In this document: positions 51,648 through 64,000 of the stretch, piece by piece
Numbering within the stretch: the first letter of the stretch is position 1
Layout: every line of letters begins with the position of its first letter
Source: Basidiobolus meristosporus CBS 931.73
Taxonomy: Eukaryota; Fungi; Basidiobolomycota
Direction of reading: 5' to 3'
Assembly (NCBI GenBank): GCA_002104905.1
Contig: MCFE01000051.1
Coordinates: forward strand, 62,001 to 126,000
DNA length: 64,000 nucleotides
Position numbers and translations under genes: made by a program
Notes under the pieces: generated by a model
What the model was told of the DNA's origin: nothing
The model's input: the letters and a program-made list of their open reading frames with translations, nothing else
The model's database searches: none

Positions 51648-52949
51648 TTAGGATGTCTCGGACTGGAAGGTGTGGTTATTGGGACAGTCGAACAGATCCG
51701 TGTGGGCGGTGAGGTGGTAATTCGTGTCGGTCACATATCTCGTGGACATGTAGGCGGCTCCCAGGGAGATGTACAGCACCAGAATGATGGTTACCACCCA
51801 TGCTTTCTGGGGAATCCCCAGCAAGCTGATATACCAAGCCACTGCGGTGCCCCCGCTCTGCATCGCCTTGTAAAATCCGGCATACCGTGAAAGGACCATC
51901 GAGTCGTTGGTCATAGCCCCCATCATCCAGTAGCACCAACTTTGAACGGTGGCGTCGGAGAAGCCGCTTAGCAGCACCAGGACAAGTGATGAGTTGTACG
52001 AGTCATCGAGCAGGTCGAGACGCGAGTCCGGGTCAGTGGCCGCGTCGGGATAACGAAACTCCATCAGCAGACAGCCAATCCATGTTGCGGTGGAAAAGAA
52101 GCCGATGAACAGCAGGCCCAGCTTGGCTTTTTTGGATCTGGTGCACAGCGGGTTATCGAGGTATTGGCCAAAAGTGAACGCACCTAGCATCTGGGAGGCC
52201 CAGTAGCTGACGATGTTGAAGACAACCGTGCGCTCGGAGAACAGCTCGTGAGTGAAGTGGCCCAGTCGGTAGCTGTAGTAGAAGTTCGAGTAGAAGAACA
52301 CTGGGAAAAGCAGGAGGATGCTCTTGTTCAAGAGGGCCTTTGGGATCTGGCGAATCTCGTGTTTGAAATCGAACCTGCTTTTGCTGGTCACCCGGGATCC
52401 ATCCTCCCGAATGACCCGCCTGGGGGAAACCAGGAAGTAACTTTGACATAAGCCGAAAGCCATTAGACACAGAAATCCTATGGTCACGTAATTGGACTTG
52501 ATGGGGAAGAAGGGTAGGAAACCGCTAATAAGGGAGCCAAGATTGAGCATGATCCAGAAGATCCCGAAAAAGCGGCCCTTTTGACTTTCCATGGGATAGG
52601 CCATTGCAATGGTGCCTGCCGCTGTCCACAGCAGCGATGCGCCAGCACCCAGGATCACTGCGCCTATCACCGGAAGTATGGCGACGTCGATATCGCGATA
52701 GATCCAGAGGAAGCATACGTATATGATGTACGGGACACATCCCACCAGCGTGCTAATACGTGGGCCTAGGAGGTTATGAACACTCCCGGACACGATGGAA
52801 CATATGGAGAAGGATGCGTAAAGGAATATGTTTGCCCAGATCGAAATGGAGGAATTGTCGCCTAGGCTATAATAGATGTTGTAGGTTCCAACCACAAAGC
52901 AGCACACCGACGAGACTATAATGAGCTGAATTATCGGTGTTTCTATCAT
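51648..52949 (-). CDS. UNC93-like (DUF895) MFS membrane protein, 433 aa, intronless
   Basis: Multiple hydrophobic helices; GASLLWTAAG..AYP....KGRFFGIFW and WMMGAMTND....SRYAGFYKAMQSGG motifs. Confidence 0.88.
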   Translation of the reverse strand: MIETPIIQLIIVSSVCCFVVGTYNIYYSLGDNSSISIWANIFLYASFSICSIVSGSVHNLLGPRISTLVGCVPYIIYVCFLWIYRDIDVAILPVIGAVILGAGASLLWTAAGTIAMAYPMESQKGRFFGIFWIMLNLGSLISGFLPFFPIKSNYVTIGFLCLMAFGLCQSYFLVSPRRVIREDGSRVTSKSRFDFKHEIRQIPKALLNKSILLLFPVFFYSNFYYSYRLGHFTHELFSERTVVFNIVSYWASQMLGAFTFGQYLDNPLCTRSKKAKLGLLFIGFFSTATWIGCLLMEFRYPDAATDPDSRLDLLDDSYNSSLVLVLLSGFSDATVQSWCYWMMGAMTNDSMVLSRYAGFYKAMQSGGTAVAWYISLLGIPQKAWVVTIILVLYISLGAAYMSTRYVTDTNYHLTAHTDLFDCPNNHTFQSETS

Positions 52950-55314
52950 GCCCGGGGATGGAGGGAGGGGGAAACTCGGTGTGGGTATTCAACAAAGGGA
53001 GAGCGTGTAACTGAAATTACCAATAATATAATAGAAGGTTGTGGAAAGTTATACGCTAATTCTATCATAGAAGAGGCCTAGAGCCGAAGGCCTGGAAGGG
53101 CTATGGAAAGGATATTAGAGCCAACACCGGCCTCAATTCTTGGCAACACAGGAATGCACACCTTTTAAACAGAAAAGCGGGGGGAAAGACAAGCTGGGTC
53201 GATTCTAGGGAATGGGCCTATATATTGTGGTTGGTATTTTGCTGAGCACAAATGGACCATCACGAGGTTGGTTTGGGGCAGCAAATAGGTATCACCAAGA
53301 GCATACCGCAAACTCTGTACCCTTGCTTCTTCATACCTGAATCCAACAACACCCATATTAGATTTAATTAAATTGTTTAACCGAAAATGTCAAAACTCTG
53401 GCGACGGTGATTGGTCGGCTGTACATACCTAAACCTTGTCTTCAAGCTGGACAGTAGAGAACCATTGGTCTCCCGATGGCATCATGCATATAAACAGTTA
53501 TATTGAGGGATATCGTGGTCGCTATTGATTGTTGTTGTGGTCGTCTGGAACTGGTAAAATACGTGAGGCGACGATTACATGAAGGTTGGGCCGTCTGTGC
53601 CACAGCAGTCATGTTGTGCGCAAGCCTTACCTACTGCTCGAGAAGGATTTTGAACGGGATCCTGGCTCGGTTGTACCACTTCCAATACATCACTTGCACA
53701 TTGGCATCCCACCCAGGAATCCTAAGGACAGCCGTGGCGTGGTTACTCATATCTATTCACAGGCAGGGTGGGGAATCAGTTGGCTAAGATTGTCAGGATT
53801 GAGCCTTGAGCAACTTGGTAGCAGCTTCTAGACCTATACTTCCAAATACATGCACCGCATCCATCTCAGGAGTTTGTTGATGTTGGGGCCTTTGGTACCA
53901 ATCTGGCCTATGGCATCACTGATCTGGGCACACAGGTCACCGTGACTTTGAAATTCCTCGAGCAAAGGCAACGATCTTCTGGTGGATTGAAAACAAACCA
54001 TCGCATCGAGAGGAGAAAAATACCTGAGATACTATTTTGGATGGCTCCGTGTGGTACAAACGGATGAAATTCCACCGCGTCTCGCACCAGTGACACGAGC
54101 TCTACGAAAGAAGGTACCTGTTTCAGGCTGTGATGAAATACGATCTTGCACTGTGAGGTGGTGGTCGCGGAGTTTCAATCTCTCTCGATTCCTCGATAAG
54201 GACGCTCGATGGGCCATGCTTCGTCACCATCATTCATGCCTGTACTTTCGAGTGGTATGGCGATGTTATTGGACCGTGCTCGGGTCCAACGGACCTGATT
54301 TGGAAGAGATGGGGATGTTGGTGCATTGTGCCTGCTATTCATTCGGATTGCAGGGACATTGGCCGTGGGAATAGGTGTCGTATTGTGTTGTTATTGAACG
54401 GTCTAATTGAATTCCGCAACATACCGAAATCCCCACTCAGACCAAGGCTCCCCTTCTTAGCCTCGCTTGCGTAGAATAGAATCTTGGGGAGGTGCTGGGT
54501 CGCGCTTGGCCTGGCAGTTTCACAATCTCATCAGATTTGATGGCCCGTATTTCCTCCCGGTATCTTCCCTTCTGAAATGATTTAGAAGTCACATGTTCAG
54601 CAATGGTTGGATCCGGAACGGAATCTGCGTGACTTCGGATTGGTTGCTTCAGAGGATGGATATACAAATGTTAACCAGAGCATGCAGGTATTTCAATACC
54701 ACCACCGCTTAAGCTCATTCGGTGAGTTACAATGATAAATAGGTGGAGCGGTACAGCTGGGTTCAATCTGGAATTTGTAATCACCTGGAGGTGGACGAAT
54801 TGAGGACGAATTAATTAGGCTCCTTGTCACTGTGAGCGGATGGGTTCAACAAGCGGGGTTCATTTATCTTGGTTTCTGGTAGGCCGGCATTCCCACCATG
54901 TCACCGCTTACGTTCTGTGGGTACGATGAGGATTAATAATGGAAGTCTCCGCATAACGGATATGCGCATAAATTAGGAAAGACCTAGATGAATCATTTGG
55001 CTCGCATCATATCCTATCCACCAGGTTTTACCATATTGCGTAAGATTTAGCCACCATTCTTGACTGCATGACTCAGGCAACTTCCTGAGAGCTAATCGCG
55101 TCGAGGGAAGTTGCTCCAAAGGCGTGGTGGCGAATATATAGGCAACTAAACTTGGTAGATAAATTATCCATGTGTGAAGCAAAGTGGCCATTGGGAGGAT
55201 TTCGGATTCACTTCTAGACACCTTTAATAAATAGAGTCGGGACTGCGAATGCGGTTATATAGAAGCGTGGGATATACCTCACGGTACAAGAATCTTTCTA
55301 CCACCGCCATCTCC

Positions 55315-56842
55315 ATGAAATATCTATCCGACCGCTCGAAACATGTACACCAGGTGCCCAAACCACTTATCGAGGGAGGTCTGAGATACATGGCCAACCC
55401 CTACAATGTAAATACCAACTCTGAAGGAATCATCAACATCGGGGTTGCCGAAAACTCCCTGATGCACGAGGAGCTTCTGCAGAAGGTACCCTCTATTCTA
55501 CTCGGCGTGTGTATCTCCATTCGCACTAACCAGCTCGTCTCCTATCAGCTAAAACCAGTTTTGACGCTAGAAAAAGAGGTACTTACTGCTGTTGCATGTT
55601 GGCCTCCAAATCCAATCACTGACCCCCCCCCCTTGTATATGGGCAGTTTTTTAATTATGGCATGATGTGTGGAACGTTGGAGCTTCGCACCCTCCTTGCG
55701 GGGCTATTCAATCGGCACTACAACCCAGCAGTTCCTGTTCAAGCCTCCCACATCACCGTTCACAATGGCGCTGGCCCATCTATTGACCTGCTGGCTTACA
55801 TCATATCCGATCCTGGAGATGGAGTGCTAATCACCACTCCGTATTATGGTAAATCCCTCGCCAACACCCACGTACACCATCACTCATTCCGCGTTTACAT
55901 CAGGTGGGTTTGACTATGACTTCGCGGCGCATGCGGAAACGAAGGTGGTTCCAGTGGATCTGAATGGGACTGACCCGTTTCAAATGGATCATATCGATCG
56001 ATTGGAGTGTGCAATAAGCAAGGCGAAGGGGGAAGGGATTCGGGTCCGCGCCATACTCTTATGTAACCCTCATAACCCGTTGGGGAGGTAAGACTTATCC
56101 TAGAGATTGGCGAAATCCCATACTTACCCAAGCCCGCAGATGCTACCCGGCCGAGGTATTGGTAGAGATATTGCGCTTCGCGAATCGGCACCAGATTCAC
56201 GTGATCTCGGATGAAATCTACGGGTTAAGCTGGTTTAAACGTGACAGTGAGGAAACACCATTCACATCACTCCTATCCATCCCGAACCTATCAGACCTCA
56301 TCGATCCGAAGCTGGTACATTTCATCTGGTCCTTTAGCAAGGACTTCTGCATGAACGGCTTAAGGGTGGGTATCGTGATGTCCCCGTTCAACCCGGAGGT
56401 GGTTCAAACGCTGCAGGCACTCTCCATGTTCAACGCCATCCCCAACACGTCGGATCACCTGATGTGCCAGCTACTAAAGGACACCACTTGGGTGGACTGG
56501 TTTATCCAGGAGAATCAGCGACGCCTGCTGGAGAACTACACCAAGACACAGGAGTTGCTCGAGCGGAATCAGATTCAATATCACCCGTGCACAGCAGGTC
56601 ACTTTATCTGGACCGATTTCACAAGCACCATCCAGAGGATTGCAACCACCCATGGGCTGGAGAAGTCCGAGCGTATATTGTGGAATGCATTCCTTGAAAA
56701 CGGGGTTTACAGTTCGCTGGGGGAGGCGTTTCACTCCTCGGAGCCGGGCTATTTCAGGATCACCTTTAGCATTCCATGGGAAACCTTAAGCCTGGGTTTG
56801 TCCAGGTTGATCCGGGTTGTCAACTCCTTTGAAGAGAAATAA
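55315..56842 (+). CDS. ACC-synthase-like PLP-dependent aminotransferase class I/II (5 exons)
   Basis: GIINIGVAEN, PYYG|GF, CNPHNPLGR, HVISDEIY, WSFSKDFCMNGLRVG (PLP Lys), EPGYFRITF; 4 introns traced in frame. Confidence 0.9.
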
Positions 56843-56951
56843 ATCTGGATTTGGTTGAATCAGTTTACGAAGGAGTCATTCAGGAGAGAACGCTCTGAAA
56901 AGTAGTAGGCAGTGAGGTATTTTTATTCTATGTATATCTATTGTGAGTGAT

Positions 56952-57551
56952 TCAAGCAAGGTTTCTATATGGCGAGTGTGGCAAGGGTAACATTCGTGAC
57001 TGGGGATGCAGTGAGACAGAACTCTCGTTTGTCTTGTACGAGCAATGGGAGCTTTGGATGGGATTGCCATGGTAGCAAGAGGTACTCTCGTTAAAGTGTA
57101 AAGGAGGCGCAGCTACACCAGTTAGTTGGACACCACCTCTCACAGGCACGTGTACAAGCGACGTTTCCATGAAATGGAGCTTTGTGTAATACGAGTACTG
57201 TTGAAACGACCCTCTTGTGGAGTACTGGGGCTCCAAAGGTTTGATATATGAACAGGAAGAAAGATACGGATGGTGTGTTCTATTGCGAGCGTGGGCAGGT
57301 GAAAGCTTTTGATTTGTCCTGGGGCCTCTTAGCAGACTGGTCGAAGGCGCTCGATGTGCCGCTTTCTCAGCCATGGGCTTTTTTAGGTGGGTGTGAACGG
57401 TATGCCGCTTCAGATGGTCAAGGCGTAGAAATGCCTTGTGACATACATTGCACTTGTATGGCCGCAGGGGAGGTAGCTTGTAGCTGTTCTCAGTGTCAAC
57501 ATCTTTGATCTTTTGCCTTTCAATAACCATATCGATTGGTAGAAGTGTCAT
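56952..57551 (-). CDS. Small protein with a single CreA/Mig1/Nrg1-like C2H2 zinc finger, 199 aa
   Basis: RPYKCNVCHKAFLRLDHLKRHTVHTH followed by a low-complexity tail. Confidence 0.75.
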   Translation of the reverse strand: MTLLPIDMVIERQKIKDVDTENSYKLPPLRPYKCNVCHKAFLRLDHLKRHTVHTHLKKPMAEKAAHRAPSTSLLRGPRTNQKLSPAHARNRTHHPYLSSCSYIKPLEPQYSTRGSFQQYSYYTKLHFMETSLVHVPVRGGVQLTGVAAPPLHFNESTSCYHGNPIQSSHCSYKTNESSVSLHPQSRMLPLPHSPYRNLA

Positions 57552-58420
57552 AGTGCTGATGGATTTGCTAGTGCCAGATGTGGCTCTATCGTGATGGATT
57601 CCATGGAAGTGAGAGTAGACAGGTTTATATATAGTGAACGACCGAATCCTTCAATGGTTGATTGCAGTATTTCACGCATCCTACAGCTCTGTTCCCTGAG
57701 TTAGTCGGAGAGATGCATAGAGCCGAACTCTGGTCCAGGATTGTGGACCTTAAATCAAGGAGCACAGAAGTTTCTCCACACACTACCTAGTGAATCAGCC
57801 AGTCTCCACCGTTGGTGCATGAACACAACTCTTCCTCGTCTGCGCCATAGTATCCAATGCAGCTTGACGGATACCCAGGAAAGATGGGCTTTTAATTTTC
57901 TGCCAACCCTGCAGAAACACAGGCTCAGTGAAGCGTCAAGTATTAAAATTAATCCCTGTGCCTTCACCTTATCTTCCTTGACTGTTTGCCGAAGCCAGGT
58001 AGGTGATCGTCGATTCAGGGATGAACGCTCACTAGAAGCTCAACCCCTCCCCCATCCGGAATTTTACCAAGGTAACGGTTGCGAATCAACCCGGATCTAC
58101 GTCATGGCTTAGGCTTACCTCGATTACTAAGCGCCACGCAGGTACCTGAAAAGTATTTTAAGCAGGAAACGAGGTCGGTGGTAAAGTTTTAAACAACTTG
58201 CCAAAATCACCTTGCACGTGAAAGGAGGTTCATCTGTAGAACGTAGCTAAATTTTATTTGCTTTACTATTTATCATTGTGGCAGCGATGACCAATCAGCA
58301 CGATGGTGATCCATTGCTGAGCCATGGCCCAATCGTAATGGACAAGCCGCCACCCCATGGATCCCTGTTGAAACGCATAAATAAGAGGCATCAAGGGAAG
58401 GGAACATGACTATATCCAAG

Positions 58421-58757
58421 ATGTCTGACGCTGCCTCCACCGGAAACGTAAGTAGCCCTCTCCGTTGCGTTTTGTCGCCAGGATGGTTTGTTGACCGTTA
58501 TTTTTTTATTGAAGACTGCCTTCGCCAACGCCTCCGAAGAGGTCAAGACCTTGGCCACCAAGCCCTCCAACACCCAACTCCTTGAGCTTTACGCTCTCTT
58601 CAAGCAAGGTATCTTCGGTGACAACACCGCCGAGAGACCCGGTATGTTCGATATTCAAGGCAAGGCCAAGTGGGATGCCTGGACTGGCAAGAAGGGTATG
58701 TCCAAGGAGGAAGCCCAAGCTGCCTACATCGCTCTTGTTGAATCCCTCAAGAACTAA
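58421..58757 (+). CDS. ACB1: Acyl-CoA-binding protein (one intron, 58448-58514)
   Basis: LLELYALFKQG..GD....RPGMFDIQGKAKWDAW....GMSKEEAQAAYI; GTAAGT donor. Confidence 0.95.
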
Positions 58758-58995
58758 ATCATCTGCCTCTGTTCAAACCATCCTCCTCATCCTATTTCAT
58801 AATAAACATAGCTGTTTTTCACATACTACATGACGTTTAAGGGGGGGGGGCGATTCTACTGGTGTTATCGGACGAATGATCGTAATTCAAGGACCCATCA
58901 CGTCATCAATCACTGCATCTGTCAAACAAGTGTTTATTCTCAAAAATGAAGCTGGACCATCGGGGAAATTAATGATACACATAAATAATTGCTCT

Positions 58996-61900
58996 CTAGG
59001 GAATGACTTGATAGTTTCTGGCGGCGGTGGTGCGATTCCCCCGGAATAGACAGTAGAGTTTGGAAAGGGGGAACCATAATTCGGAGTGCTGGCTTGGCGA
59101 GATCGACGCCTGTTCCCTAAGTAAATCGCTCATGCTGGGTTTGTATTGAACCTGAACATATTTCTGGACATACAACGGGATCATGCACACAATGCTGGTG
59201 GCCGTGATGGCTAACCAATACATCCACTCACCGTACACCTTGTGGATCACGTGATACATCCCAAGCGCGGGGACCAGGGAGATGACATAGGATATGGCGA
59301 AGTAGAATCCAATGGTTCCCCACACCACCAGATGGTTCAAAATCGTGAAGTAATTCGTCTCCAAAGCCAGCGTCAGTTGAACCACCTGCCCACAAGAGAT
59401 CAGTGGCTAGTTTTTAGGACGACAGTGCACATATCGATTGACTTACCATCATGATCACTGTGAATACCACGGCGGACATGGTTTCGTGCCCGTCATTTCC
59501 AAAACCACTGACGGACTCCCAGCTGGAGAAAATACCCACGCAGAATAGCAGGGTGACCACTGCCTGGAAGATTGCCTTGACGATCCAAGGGGAGAAGCCG
59601 TTCAAAACTAATCTCTTGGAGCGACCATTGTTTGACTGATAAACAGAGGGATGCTCGAAAACCACCGACTCTTCGACATCCTGGTCCAAGATGTAGAACA
59701 GAATGGGAAGCTCGGTGAAGAGCGTGTTGTAGGTGGTCAGACTAAACGAGTTCAGCAGGGAAGTGCCGGAAAATCCGCACATGATTTGGTACAGAATCTA
59801 TGGAACATAAAAGACAGGCTTGGTGGGTGGACGTGGAGAAGATGACTAGTGGACCCAAAGCTTACCTGGATCATACAGACATAGATGCTAGCAATTGAAC
59901 GGATCTCATGAATAACCATTCTTTTGTTTGCAACCCATCAAAATGCCAACTAACCTCTTGTAGAAACAATAGAGGGCGACCATCGATGTTCTGTGAAGCG
60001 AGTATCTTCCGTGCACTTAACCAGCCCAGAGGTTAGTCACCGGAGAGGCTAGAATCACCACAACGAACAACTTACCTAGAATCAAACGTTGCAGATGCTC
60101 GAATTTGGTGATGCTGTAATCAGCGGCACGCGCAGCTTGCAACCCCTCCCTTCCTCGGATCCCGACACCGACATTAGCCTGTGAGGCGGGGTTAGCACGA
60201 CGGGAAGAAAATGGGCCTCGAATGCGATCGTTAGGGTTACCTGCTGAATCATCAGGACATCGTTACCGCCGTCCCCGATGGACAACGTGATGAATCCCTT
60301 CTCCTTGATTGCAGTGACGATCTGGGATTTCTGGTTGGGCGTGACTCTGCAACACACCACCGTGTGAGCAAGCAAGCACAACTCCAAGAATTTTTCGCTG
60401 CAACCTTGATCCTCCGCAATGGTCGTGAAGGCACTTCCATCGATGACGACCGAGAGATAAGACTCGTGAGCTGAATCGGTGTGAAGTGACTCCAGAGAAG
60501 GCCCGGAGGTGAGAGTAGTGCGGTGATGGTATATCGCCTGCTCAACATCTCTCAGCAGCTCGCCAGCTGACTTGCCCCTTCCTTCTAAACGAACGAGGGT
60601 GGATTGATTCGAAGACAATAGGTTACAGCTAAAATGTACACTCGTCGTTAACGCCAAGGAATGCCGATGGACGAGATTGTGTCAATAAACGATACCTTGT
60701 GGCAATCTGTGGTGGCGTGCAAAGGGGGAGATGTTAAACCGGTGAGCCAGCGTGGTAATTGATGGGATTTACATACCTGGATAGCTGTGGTTAATTTATC
60801 TCCTAATGGTGAGACACTGCATGTTAGCTGGCTCGTGGTGGTAAAAGTCAATCGACGGAATACCTGTTAGCATCCACAGCTTGATTCCGGCCTCCCTAAA
60901 CAACGCGATTGATTCCGCGACGTTTTCCTGTAACTTGTCCTCGATAGCGGTACATCCTAGCAAAGTAAACTTGGTCTCGATGGAATTGTAGCACTCCTCC
61001 AGCTTTGCGTCACGGTCTTCCAACGAGGTATTCGCTTCGTGGAACTCTTCAGACCAGGATTGGTATTCCTCCGGTGTCAGGTCTCTGTGGGCAACGATCA
61101 GAGTGCGGAGACCTAGCTGAGCGAACTCGTTGAGATGCCTTGTGGTCGCCTCAAGTCTCTCCTCCTGCCCCTCACAATGATGCAGCATCGAGTCGTCTGC
61201 ACCCTTGGTTATCAATCTTATCCGCGCTTTCCTGTTGGCCTCGTCTGGGTTGCTGGAATACTCTCGGATAATAACTGACATCCGTTTCCGATCGGAGGAG
61301 AACTCCAGCACGTTCAATACCTGGTAGGCTTCCTTGCGGCCTACCAGATCGACATGCACAACATCGTTACTCTTCCCGGTGAACATGATCCCGATATCGG
61401 CGGCACCCATCACCAGAGCCTCCTCATCAGGGGAGGAGCCTCGATAAACCGGACGGCCGTTCTCAAACACCTCCGACGGAGTGATGGTGTTGCATACAGC
61501 CAAGCATCGGAAGAAGTCCACTATCTCGTTGCTCTTCTGCGTGTGTTTCTTGTCAGTGATGGAGAGTCGGCTGTTCTGTAGAAGGTCCAAAAGGATCTCG
61601 TCGGATCGAAGATCATTGCATCCCTCGGCGTGACCAAAAATCGCCCCGCCGATGGAGCATTTCTTGAGTACCATCACGTTTTCGGTGAGCGTCCCTAAAC
61701 GCCGGCATGGAAACGGTCAGTTCGGTTCAGACTCATGTGGTGTAACAGCACTCCGCTACCTGTTTTGTCGGTGAAGATGTAGTCGATCTGGCCTAGGTCC
61801 TCCGAGATTGCCGTGTTGGCGGCAAAGGCACCGCCGCTCTTTTCCGTGTACATCTTCAGGTCCTGTGGGAGGATCAGTATGGGTGGACTCATAGGCTCAG

Positions 61901-63388
61901 CTTACAAGAAGCCACTTACCCAGTTGATGAACATGGCGTACATGTACTTGCAAATATCCTGTCAAGCGTACCAAAAGAATTACCACTCGCACCATCGTAT
62001 GCGCATCAATCAAAGCACTAACCAGCGTGACTTTCAGGGAGATGGGGATCATCAACGACATCAGCAAGAGCATCCTCAACGGAATAATGAGGTAGTGGTA
62101 CCATCGAGAAAGGCTTTCGGCGCTCAGGATAGGTGTGTCGTCCCTTGAAATAGCTTTCCTGCTGCACATCCCCAATGATGCCGTTCAATAGCACCAAGCA
62201 GAGCTGGATCACAAAAATCATCATGCTAGCTCTTTCAACTTGACGGTCTATCTTGGTGAGTTTGACAGGGGGCACTCTTTTGTTCATGCCGATTTTGGTC
62301 TCGTTGCCGGTGTACACCGCTAATCCGTACGCGAAATTGGTGTTCTTCAAAAACGTTCCCTGGAGAAGTAATTGCTTCGAGGTCAGCGCGGAGAATTCTC
62401 CGGACTCTGGGGATGACTCGAGTCTTGCGTCGAACTTGTATATGTCCCCGTTGGGTTGCGGACAATGGACTGAGTCAGGTTGGTGAGTTGGCAAAGATTC
62501 GTCGCATGAATAAAGTGAGCTGCATATTTACCAACACCGTCAAATGCGATCACCTCGGTATCGGAGAGGCTACTCGTCAGGCTAGGGGCAGTTCGGGTCT
62601 TCAGGTCAGTCTCCCCGTCCAGGTTGGCAGTCTGAATGTAGCAGGTACCGTCCAAGGTCCGAGGATCGCAATAGAACCATATCGCAGGGTATTTCGGTCC
62701 CTTGTTCAACCTAAAGCCAGCGACGACGTAGTGGGTAAGCAGCGATTTTCCAACGCATGAATGCTTGCAAGTAACGAAAAACATACCCGAACAATGTCCC
62801 CAACTCCAATGTCTTGGCATCTGACTTTGACCCCGTGGCCATTCTTATATACGGTGTAGAGGCGTTTGTTAAATTCGTCATCAGATTTGTACCGACGGTA
62901 ATCATCCAGCCCCTCCTTCAAGGCGGAAATCGAGAAGATCATGATGAGCGGCGTCCATGTGGTCAGGGGATTGACCGGTGTCTATAGGTATTGGATGGGT
63001 TATTACGAGAAATCTAAAGAGGGCAGACACATCACAAGAAACCGACCAGTGAGGCGTTGAGTTGAAGACAGGCAATCAACAGAAAGTAGAGATTCATAAA
63101 GCGGCTAATGGATTCCCGTTAGCAATGTAAGGTAGAAATGGCCTGACAACACCCCAGCAGACGTTACCTGAACTGCTCGAACAAGTTCTTTGGGAGAAAA
63201 CTAAGGACTGTGTATTTCGTGTTGGTGATCTTGTTCCGCGGGAAACTGGAGTTTGCTATTTGGTTGTTGGCAAACACCTGTCTTGGTGCATCTGGATCCT
63301 CCACGGGGGAGTTCCTGTGCCAGCGGCGCAACAAGGATTGTTTGACATTGGTGTATAAGGCCTCCAGTGAGCCAAGAGAGAGCCTCAT
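58996..63388 (-). CDS. P4-type ATPase phospholipid flippase (ALA2-like), multi-exon, two apparent +1 frameshifts
   Basis: [89 protein letters not shown]; frame breaks at ~62655 and ~62128. Confidence 0.9.
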
Positions 63389-64000
63389 ACTAGATAAGCG
63401 GGGAAGAGCGTTCACAGATACCAAAGTAAAATCCGTTCCGAACCAAAGTGGAGTAGAAAAATTCACGGGTAAAAAGGATTTACCCCGAAGATATCGAGCT
63501 TCCCAAGTCGAGCGAATTCCTTGGCAAATCAGAATTACAAGTCTCAATTTCCCATTCAAGATGTAACGTAATTCCAAGCTACCATTTACGAGCAACTAGG
63601 TGGGATTCTCATTGGCGTCAGGGATGGCATTGACGAAAACTGTCACGGCAACTTGATTCCAAATGACACAGCTTCCGACGATTTGTGCTACAATTTCCTG
63701 ACAATCACTAGGGGCTGAGGATATCCGTTCCTGCTTAAAATCCCGCTTAAGTGGGCATGGATTTGGTTTAAGTTTCCGCTCAACTCCCTACCATTTTATG
63801 ACGTGGCAATCCAGTAGCCATTGTTTTTCTGCTGGTTGGATATTACAGATTCGAGGTTACGAATAGGTAACACCTGAATTTCTTAGAAAAATTGAAGCTG
63901 TGCTTGTTTAAGTTGCATTGCTCAGCTTGTTTGCTCTTCTTCCTTACAACCCTCAGTCATCATGCTACAAAAGTCGCTGGGAATCTTCGGTTTATTCCTT

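Noticed and set aside
53000-55300. Short ORFs in the divergent intergenic region, e.g. 54437-54667
   Set aside because: No motifs, mutually overlapping, no consistent splice structure
63389-63595. N-terminal extension of the flippase in the ORF track; likewise 55249-55314 for the ACS-like gene
   Set aside because: The flippase extension uses a non-ATG start, and neither extension shows conservation; 63388 and 55315 are the more plausible starts

Overview
Eukaryotic, intron-rich fungal DNA; an early-diverging lineage such as Zoopagomycota is my inference only. The window has two sharply separated compartments. (1) 1-~48,100 is a nested, CpG-stripped transposon graveyard (1 CpG in bases 1-600). 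It holds two Ty3/Gypsy families (a chromovirus, and a family with 4-bp TSDs present as a two-LTR element, a truncated copy and a solo LTR), Ty1/Copia relics and two tandem LINE RT relics. It also holds seven pieces of a CACTA/CMC-type DNA transposon family with CCCTATGAAAAAT termini and two divergent ORFs (one piece is a 307-bp MITE), two ~730-bp foldback elements with helically phased GCCA arrays, and three dead secreted-protein genes (a paralog pair and a defensin-like peptide). (2) ~48,200-63,400 is a CpG-rich block of six genes: HELLS/Lsh/DDM1-type SNF2 remodeler, UNC93-like MFS protein, ACC-synthase-like PLP enzyme, single C2H2 finger protein, acyl-CoA-binding protein, and an ALA2-like P4-ATPase with two apparent +1 frameshifts. 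The CpG boundary lies ~100 bp beyond the HELLS stop codon. All alignments and counts were done by eye; no database searches were run.
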